Assembly (NCBI RefSeq): GCF_009914755.1
Contig: NC_060940.1
Strand: one strand, 5' to 3'
Source: the human T2T-CHM13v2.0 reference genome, Homo sapiens
DNA length: 64,000 nt
The position numbers and the translations under genes were made by a program. Position 1 is the first letter of the stretch. The number at the start of each line of letters is the position of its first letter. Below are positions 49,818 to 64,000 of the stretch, piece after piece. The notes under the pieces were generated by a model. That model had not been told where the DNA came from. It did no database searches and saw nothing but the letters and a program-made list of their open reading frames with translations.

Positions 49818-52800
49818 TGATCCTCCCACCTCAGCCTCCAGAGCATCTGGGACTACAGGTGTGTGCCACCACACCTGGCTAATTTTTGTATTTTTTGTAG
49901 GCATGGGGTTTCACTCTGTTGCCCAGGCTGGGACCTTGTGTGCTTTAATCCCTGTTAAGTCACTTAGTCAAATTTAATCCTAGCTAATAAAGAAGACAGA
50001 TTGAGGTCTACTATAGTTTTATATTTGCTTGGAAGAGATGTTATGTGCTTACTACTTGGCTAAAACATGTTTCAGGATTTCTCTTTTTCCTCCAGGTACA
50101 GACCTCCGGTCCCAACACACCATAAGAACATTCTGAGATGATAATGTTACCTACCCTCTAGTCTGGGCCACCTATGATGTTGAATGAGTCTTGGCAGCCA
50201 GGGAAAATTTCTGTAAGAGCCTTGTGGTTAGACACATAGGAAATAAAGTCACTGTGGCTTGTCACATGCAAGAGGACAGCAGGGGACAGGGCATAGCGCT
50301 GTGTGTGCAGGAACAGTGTGGGAATGATCTGGAATTTGTGAAATACCTGGGCAGCAATACAAGGACGAGGCTCCAAAGGGCAGGGCTTCAGGAGAGGAAA
50401 TGGATAAACACTGCACTTCTTGCATTACTGCCAGCCACAAAGAGGTTTCCTGAGTGCTGAAAACCCCATCTGGAAAGTGTCCCATAGGAAACAAAAGGAG
50501 TTACAGTGTGTGAAGGTCACTTGGCTGCTGCACCACCTGCCACCCCATTAATCACTTGAGTTGGTGGGTACAGGAACAAAGCTGTGGGCAGAGGGTCAGA
50601 ACACTTCCTGTCTGCCCCAGGCACATGGAAGACATTCTCCTGAGTAGTAACCTTGGCACTGCCTTGGCTATTTGAGAAGCTGGCCAGTTACGTATTTCAG
50701 TCACTGGGTATTTGAGAAGCTGGCCAGTCTTTTGAGCTTCAACCATTCTCACAGATGTTGAATTTGCAGTTCTTAATGGATCTAGTGACACCTTCCTACC
50801 TCAGTAGAGCAAAAAATGTGGATCCCAGGTCTGGGAACCTAAAAGAAATCACTCTGAGTAGGTTAGAATTTCACCTCTATCTGAGACCCTGACAGAATCA
50901 TTTAAAAATAAAAACACATATATACAAATATCTATACACACATAGGTGTGTGTGTGTGAATAGGGTGGCCCACCTTCATGTTCTTTTACTCCCTTGTTCT
51001 TCCAGTCATTCACTGAGATGCTGAGTTTTCCAGCATCTCTCAGTCTCTCAGAAGAACCGCCTGCCAGCATCCAGTGGGTCACATCCTACGACAAGCCCAG
51101 CACCTCTTCAGTGGAAGGGGATTTGCTTTGGGGCTTGGCAAGTTTATGCAAGTCCCTGATTTCTTGCACTGACTGCTGAAAAGCAGAGCTCCATTTAAAT
51201 TCCATTCCTTCTGAAGATCTGTCCTATGACCAGGGTGCATGGTTCAACTCCTCTCTGCATCTGGCTGGCACCCAGGGCACTCTTGCCCAAATGCTTTGTC
51301 AGGTAGTTTACTTGATCTGTTTCCTAACGTGCTTCCCAGCCATGGTCCACATGGTTTCAGACTGCTCCAGGGCCCCCAAGGCCAACACAGGGGTCATGCT
51401 TGGAGAAAACCTTCAATTCTTTGCAGCCTCAGGCTTCTCCAGCCTTGGGTGCCAGTGCTTTAAGGTCCTCCTTATCCTCTTTGCTGGGCATCACTGCCTC
51501 AGTCATGGTTTAAATCTGATACACAAGGTTCTTAATGGGCCTCCATAGCCATGTACAATTGACACCCTTAGCCTGGCTAATGTGGTTAGCTAGCAAGTTT
51601 GTTATCCCTTCCAGGTAAGAAATGCCTTAACCCAGTGAAAGATCTGTCTCCAGATGACCCTTAAAAGTGACTCTAATGGTGAGCCCTTGATGCTGATTAT
51701 GTGAGGGAATCTTTTTTATTTTATTTTTGAGACAGGGTCTTGATCTGTTGCCCAGGCTGGAGTACAGTGGCGCAATCAGAGCTCACTGCAGCCTCTCCCA
51801 GGCTCAAGTGATCCTCCCCACTCAGTCCCCTGAGTAGCTGGAACTATAGGTGCATACCACTATGCCTGGCTAACTTCTTATTTTTTTATTTTTGTAGAGA
51901 TGGATCTCCCTATGTTGCCCAGGCTCACCTTGAACTCTTGGCTTCAAGCAATCCTCCAGCATGTCCTCCCAAGTGCTGGGATTATAGGCATGAGCCACTG
52001 TGCCCAGCACATGTGAGGGAGTCTTGAGAATTCTGTGTAGTTTGTCATGTGGGAGAGGTAGCACCCCAGGGTGGTCAAGGGCTTGGCCTGGGTTTGAATC
52101 CTGGCTCCTCTCTTTGCTAGCTGTGTTACCTTGAACAAGTTCCTTATCCTCTCTGTGCCCCATTTATAAAAAATGGGATTATTAGATAATAAAAAGACCC
52201 AATGCTTATGGGCTGTTGAAGAATTAAATGAGTAAATACACAGAAAGCACATAGCACAGTGCCTGGCACACAGAACCCTCCCAATGTTACCTGTTATTAC
52301 TAGGAGTTGACTGGCTTTTCTCCTAAAGTACCTGCAGGGCTGGTTCTGCGGACAGCTTTTATGCTTCTGAGGGCTGGATCTTCTCCACTGCAGACAGAAG
52401 ATGACAATACAGGCATTACTTACTCGTGTTACAGTTTTTATTTCTGCCCCTATTCTGAACTCTTTGAAGGCAGAGGCTATGTTTATCCCCCATTCAATTC
52501 AACCAACCGGACTGAGCCTCTGTTGTATGCCAGGCATTGCTGGGCCATGGAGATAAGGGTGAATGAAAAAACACCGACTTGGTCCTACCTTGTTTCCTGG
52601 GACCCATCCCACAAACGTGGTAGGTTGAAGAAATTAAGGAAGGTTGATATGAATTCTTTTGAATATAGAGTCAGTTTTTACACTCGTACTAATATCCTCA
52701 TGCCTTTGACATCTGACCAGTTTCATGCTGGGAAAGGCAGCATTTCTTTGTAAGTTTTGACAGGCTGTGTGGGTTTCCCACCTTGGTTGGCTGTCTTTGC

Positions 52801-53279
52801 TGACAGGAAGCTGGTCTGAGGATAATATTTGATTTAGCAGCCTGGATCTTGGAAGTTCCTCATTTACAAACTGTCAGGGATGATCCTACTTTTAAGAAGC
52901 TCTTAAAAAGCTTAAAATATCAATGTGTATGGTACAAAATATCAATATGTGTGTCTGCCAGTGGCTCAGTTTTGGAGAAGAGAATTGCTGACCGTAAGGC
53001 AGTGCAACTGGGAAGCAATGCCTATGTTCCAGGCACCGTGGGACCCTGTAGCCCCTGGTCCTGGTGACTGTGAAAAAAAGGAGAAATTCTAGAAATAGGT
53101 GTAATCATGTGAATGTCTTTGTTTAATTTTCTTATCAAGATAAACTGCAATTCTGAACAACATGTGCTGTTCTGAATTCAACAGTCCACTCTCCATTCTG
53201 TTTGAAGGTCATGTATACTCTTGTGAAAATCCAGGGTTCTCATTTCATGGCTACTGACGTATTTATTCCTATACTATTT

Positions 53280-56340
<3,061 letters not shown>

Positions 56341-56449
56341 TAAAATGAGTGTGGTCTCCTTACCTCACTTCCCTGTGTGTATGCAAGCTATTTATAACAG
56401 TAAAATTAAAGTACATGTGATACCTCCTTAAGTTAGGAGTATAATATAG

Positions 56450-56591
<142 letters not shown>

Positions 56592-56814
56592 TAGCTGGGA
56601 TTACAGGCGCACGCCATCACACCTGGCTAATTTTTGTATTTTTAGTAGGATGGGGTTTCACCATGTTGGTCAGCCTGGTCTCAAACTCCTGACCTCGTGA
56701 TCTGCCTGCCACGGCCTCCCAAAGTGCTGGGATTACAGGTGTGAGCCACCGTGCCTGGCCTAAAATGTTTTAAGAGTTTTCTGCAACATGGAAAATGCCT
56801 ACAACATTGGGTGA

Positions 56815-57432
56815 TGTAGAAAGCAAAAAGTTCCTCTTCAAAATTTCCCTTCTTGTTAAAGAATAAATCATAAGTGTTAGAGATAATAGTTTCTTTTAAA
56901 AACTAACTTCCTTCAAGCTTCCTTGCTTTGTGCTAATAACTCTTTGTTAAGCCCTATCCTATGTAGTTATTAAATGTAAGAAAATTAAATACATTCTATG
57001 TCCCTGTACTTTAACCAAGATATCTGTGCTAGACCTGTGCACAGGCATGTCACAGCTTGCAGCCTATGCCCCTTCCTTATTTGGGAATGTTATTACTTTT
57101 CTGAGTCTTTTCATAAGCAACTTCCTCTTTTCCTTTCTTCTCCTCTGCCATTACCTCTTTAGAAAAAGTTTTAAACCTTTAGCCAACTGGGTGCTGCCTA
57201 GACTGTCAGGTCCAGTTCCAGCCAATGGAATCAGGACACAGCAGTAGGGTCTGGATGGGTCAGATATAAATGTTTTGTACCTCCTTTGTTCAAGTGTGCT
57301 CTTGTCTTTGTTCCATCTGTGATGGGCACCCTTTCTGCAGAAAGTAAAAATTGCCTTGCTGAGAGAATTAAATTTATGTTCAAGTGCTATTTCTTTATGG
57401 CACTGGGGAACAAGCATTTTGCATTTCTAACA
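56815..57432 (+). mobile_element. Solo LTR10-family (HERV-I) LTR
   Basis: TGTAGAAAG...CATTTCTAACA; flanks ggtga/gatga give a 5-bp TSD with one mismatch. Confidence 0.75.
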
Positions 57433-59789
57433 GATGAAAAGGTTAGACCAAAAAATTCTATATAAAGAATGATCAAAATTGTGTAAAAGTATGCACAGAG
57501 AAAATCTGAAAGGAAGTAACACTAAAATGTTAATAGTGGTTATTGGTTGTCTTGAGGTGGTGAAATTATCGGAGACTTATTTCTTATTTTTATTTTTTGG
57601 TAGCTTATAAAATTTCAAGACTTTTGTAATGGCAGAGTAAACTTTTTGTTTTTTTGAGACAGGGTCTCACTGTCACCCAGGCTGAAGTGCAGTGGCATGA
57701 TCATAGCTCACTACAGCCTCAACTCCCAGGTGCAAGCAATCCTCCCACCTCAGCCTCCAGAGTAGCTGGGACTACAGGCATGTGCCACTGTTCTTGGATA
57801 ATTTTTTACGTATTTTCTGTAGAGACGGAGTTTTACCATGTTGCCCATTTTATTCCATATGGTCTCCAACTCTTGGGCTCAAGCAATCGACCCGCCTTGG
57901 CCTCCCAAAGCACTGGGATTACAGGCATGAGCCACTATGCCTGGCTGGCAGAGTGAACTTTTAAAAATCATATTTTCCTTCTAAAATCAAAACTCTCCCC
58001 TTCAAGCTCCTCTGTCAACTGCTGTCCTGGCCTATTAATATTTCAAGCTTTCCTGCTTTCTATTCTCCCAAGAAAATATATGCCTACTTTCCTTGGTGGA
58101 GTCTTCTGACTTGCTATCTCCCATCTTGACTTGTCCAGTGATAGAGAGAAGCCTTTTGGGCTGGATTCTGTTTCTCCTCAAGTTAATGAAAGATGCCCAG
58201 GGCAGGAAGGCTGTGTGTGAATGCTCCCCTGTTGCCCAAGACAAGGGGTCAGAGTAATAGAGTTCAGGGTATGTTCAGAGGAGGAACGTGAATTTTCACG
58301 TACCTGGTGAGTAAACAATTGTTCTACAAAAGTGGTGAGAAATGTTTCATTTTAGACACCCTAGGAGGGCACCAGTCTGAGGAGGAAGTCTCTCCCTCCA
58401 TTTCATAGGACCAGCATTCTCCCCACTTCCCTGAGGACCCACAGAGCTGCAGAAATAGAGGCCATCTCTTCCCTCTGTGGAAAAGTAGCAGCAACTGGAC
58501 AGAAAAGAAAAAAGAAGCCTGGGGCTGTGACATTTGCAAGACTCTAGATAGAGGACTGTGAGAGGCTGAGATTTGACAGTTTCTGTGGGGAGGGATGATG
58601 GACTGGATGAGGTGGGAGGGGGAGGAGGGCATGAGGATGCCATAGGACAGAAGTGCTCCAGGTTTAGTGGAATCCTTCACAGTCTACAGTGCGGGTTCTC
58701 TTTGGAAAACGTAGGGTGTAGCTCCCTCCTTCTGGCCATTGAAGGAAGACCTGGGTGGCAAAGCACAGGTAAAGACAAGCTGTGACAGAGGATAGCAGGA
58801 ACCCAGGGACCTAGGGAGCAGAATTCTAACACCTTCACCCCAGATTCAGCCAGAGCAGCTCCATTTCCATCATTGCACACACCAGTTCTACTGGTTAACA
58901 TCTGCTACCTATGAGTGTTCCTCACGCTTTGTAGCTTAGGACAGTCATCTTCTATTTAGCTTATGATTCTGTGGGTCAGCAATGTGGGCTGGGCTTAGCT
59001 GGAGGTGGTTTTGGTCAGGATCAGTTTCAGCTGATCTTGGCAGGAGCTCACTCATGCATCTGTGGAGGACTTCTGGAAATTTGGGGCTGGCTGTCTGTCA
59101 GCTGGAATGCCTGGGTTCCACTCTATGGGGACCTTTCATTCTCCAGCAATGGAGGAATAACTTGGGCTCATTCACAGGGTAGCCCCCAGATTCCGGGTGC
59201 TGTAAAAGCAGTCAAACCCCAATTCACAAGCATGTTTCAAGACTATCCTTGTTACATCTGCTACTATTTCAACATAGTCACAGAGCCAACCCCAGATTCC
59301 AGGGGTGGAGAAATGGGCTCCTACTTATGACTGAAGAGCTGCAGTCTATTGCCTCATACCTGCAGGGCTGGGGAGAAGTTATGGACGCTTGAAATGTAGA
59401 TTCTCACATCCCCACACACACCTGTTGGATCCAATTCATGGAAAAGGGGCCTCTCACTATGTCCTTCGGGTGACTCCCTCCTCCTTAATATTTTAAAATA
59501 TTTTATTTGATACTTATAATATATTATATGTGACATATATGTGTGGGCATATATGTGTTTTATTAAAAATAAAGCACAATAATATAATGTACGTTAATGA
59601 ACCTACTACCCAGCCCAAAAGCTGGGTCATTAACAATTTATTTATATTTACCTAAGTGTCTTTCTCTTATGCCTTCCTCCTACCTCCTCATGAGATGTAA
59701 CATTTTACATTTTGGGTTTTCCATTCCAACAAGAAATTTAAAAATACAGTTTTGACTCTTTGATATCTATGCCTGAACAACATACTGCT

Positions 59790-59875
59790 GAGTCTTCTTT
59801 CTTTCTCTTTCTTCCTTCCTTTTCTCTCTTCTTTTTCTTTCTTTCTTTCCTTCCTTCTCTTTCTTTCTCTTTCTC
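59790..59875. repeat. CT-rich polypyrimidine low-complexity tract
   Basis: Mixed ttct/ttcc units. Confidence 0.85.
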
Positions 59876-59899
59876 CAATAAAAATAAGTTTACTTATTT

Positions 59900-61620
<1,721 letters not shown>

Positions 61621-62469
61621 TACTTGGTTTTGATCTCTAGAAGACTGCCATCATACTGAAGGTAATCTTCTGAAACTTGCGGTTTTCTTTCAAAAATTAT
61701 GTTTATAAGATGATCCATGTTCTTGCAGAGTTTATTCATTTTATGCTGTATAATATTCCATTATATCCACATACAATGCAGTATTGACCCTTCCTCCTGT
61801 TGATGGGCATTTGTCTTGTTTCTAGTTACTTTGCTATTATATCAGTGTCACCATGATTATCCAAAAGTAATTCTTTTGTACACTCTAATTTAAGAACAAC
61901 TAACCCTTTTTAATGAATAAATCAACCTTGTATTGAGTTGCTACTAAGTTTCAGTTGACTAGTACCTGGGATACACACAGGTGCAGACATTTGACTGAGA
62001 CATATTGATTTTTCTCATCTGCCTATTTAGGCTAATCACCAGACTATAAAACCATGAGAACCACTGCCATTGAGTATAGTCTGTGTCAGTCTACACTATA
62101 GCTTTAACTAGTTGTGTGATTTCTTGCAAAGAGCAATCAGAGAAGACACAATAAACACATTTACTGATTTCAGGCTGGAGAGCTTTTAAGCAATAGGGAG
62201 ATGGCCACACACAAGGTGGAGAAAATTACTGTGAAAAGGAAGTACTTTCTTTAGAGCCCCACCTAAGCTAGGCTGCAGAAATGTCTACAATGGGTTTGAA
62301 AAAACTCAAAATGAGCCTTTCTGCAGTGTGAAAATCCTCCAAGATAAAGAGACAGATTGATGGTTCCTGCCGCCGCCCTGTCCTGCCCAGTTGCTGATTT
62401 CAGGAAATACTTTGGCAGGTTTGTGGGTCATAGAGTTGCCAGGTTTCTTGGGATTTGTAATAGAACATC

Positions 62470-62651
62470 ACAAGAAAATCAAGTGTGAAGCAAGAGCTCA
62501 ACTCTTAACAGGGGTATTGTTTGTGGTTTTGTTACTGGAAAAGATAGTGACCTTACCAGGGCCAAAGTTTGTAGACACAGGAATTACGAAATGGAGGAGG
62601 GGGAGAAGTGAGCTAGTGGCAGCATAAAAAGACCAGCAGATGCCCCACAGC
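62470..62651 (+). promoter_or_regulatory. HP acute-phase promoter
   Basis: C/EBP-like GTGTGAAGCAA (~62483), STAT3-like TTACTGGAA (62532-62540), C/EBP ATTACGAAAT (62583-62592), TATA-like CATAAAAA (62623-62630). Confidence 0.85.
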
Positions 62652-62681
62652 ACTGCTCTTCCAGAGGCAAGACCAACCAAG

Positions 62682-62686
62682 ATGAG
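62682..62686 (+). CDS. HP: Haptoglobin exon 1 coding part (ATGAG, then intron 1)
   Basis: 5' UTR ACTGCTCTTCCAGAGGCAAGACCAACCAAG, then ATGAG/gtgggt; position directly downstream of DHODH favours HP over its paralogue HPR. Confidence 0.88.
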
Positions 62687-63148
62687 GTGGGTCCACAGCT
62701 TTCCCTCCTGCCTTTCCTCTGGTTCTTTATTTCAGTCTTTTTTGCATACATCGGTAGAGATGCAGAAATAGAACAAAGAAATGGGCAAATGGGCTAAATT
62801 ATAGCGAACCAAAGGGCTTAGTGTGTTAAATCTTCTCCTTTTCTGCATCCATAGAAGACAGTGCTGCTGTCTTTCCCAGGAGATAAGATTTACTCTCAGG
62901 AGTGTCTTTTTCCTTCAGGTTACATTTTTGACTTTATAGGGTATGTCATCAGCTCCCGTGGTAGGCTTCCTGGCATCCTGAGTATATTTATTAGCAGATA
63001 TTTTCCTCTTTAAAAATGTACAATAAGGAAGACTAATAGTAACACATTTGAATGACACAATTAATTGACTAGTACCTGGGATACACACTAATATCTGGGA
63101 TACATCTAATTAAGGCACTTAGATCTTATAAAAATAAACACTTTTTGA

Positions 63149-63403
<255 letters not shown>

Positions 63404-64000
63404 TGATCTGCCTGCCTTGGCCTCCCAAAGTGCTGGGATTACAGGCATGAGCCACCGTGTCTGGCCTAGAAACTATTTTAATAGAAGCAAGTAGTGCCCG
63501 AATGGTTGGCATTTGTTAGTGAGATGGTGAACTGGCAGACGGCACCTGTGGGTCAATGCCCATGGCCACCGTCCTGCTTTCGGACACCAGTTCTCTTCCA
63601 GGTAACCTTCTGGCATTTTGGGGTTTCAGATACCATTTCCTAAAGGTGAATTATTATAAAATACTAGAAATACCCACGTGTTTAAAATTATATATTTAAG
63701 GAACCTTTTATTACGGAAAATATCAAGAAGTAGAGGAATAGCACAGTAAGCCCAAAGTTCCCATCTCTGAGTTATCTACATTTTATTACCACTATCTTTG
63801 CGGTGTCTGAGGGAGGTTTCTCTTTCCTGGAGGGCTCCTGTATTATTGCCAATGTACTTTCCTGAATGCGGCCAGAAACTGAGCCCACCCCTCCACCTAT
63901 GTGCCTTTCTATCCCTCTCTGAAGCTTCTGCAGAATTCCCAGCAGGACAGGGCTTGCTGGAAGCTTGGTATGCTCAGAAGCTGCTAAAGTGTGTATGGGC

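Overview
Human genomic DNA from the PKD1L3-DHODH-HP locus (16q22), identified from recognisable coding exons. The window holds PKD1L3 coding exons 1-3 (minus strand), all 9 coding exons of DHODH (plus strand, 1188 nt, 395 aa, with a GC-AG intron 7), and the promoter and exon 1 of haptoglobin (HP). The rest is dense in repeats: Alus, L1/L2 fragments, MaLR and ERV1 LTRs, an ERV internal region and DNA-transposon relics. Most ORFs in the supplied track are Alu read-through artefacts. The most striking structure is at 10963-14832: an ATP5F1A retrocopy fused through its poly(A) to a CCDC25 retrocopy, with a single 15-bp target-site duplication around both, which suggests one template-switching L1 insertion. 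The CCDC25 part also appears to preserve a spliced-in antisense-Alu cassette exon. Other observations are a BC200 retrocopy, a MER85 with a perfected palindrome, a local inverted duplication, direct repeats around DHODH exon 2 and HP exon 1, and a tRNA-Glu-like relic inside ERV sequence. Repeat subfamily names and parental exon boundaries come from recall, not from a search.
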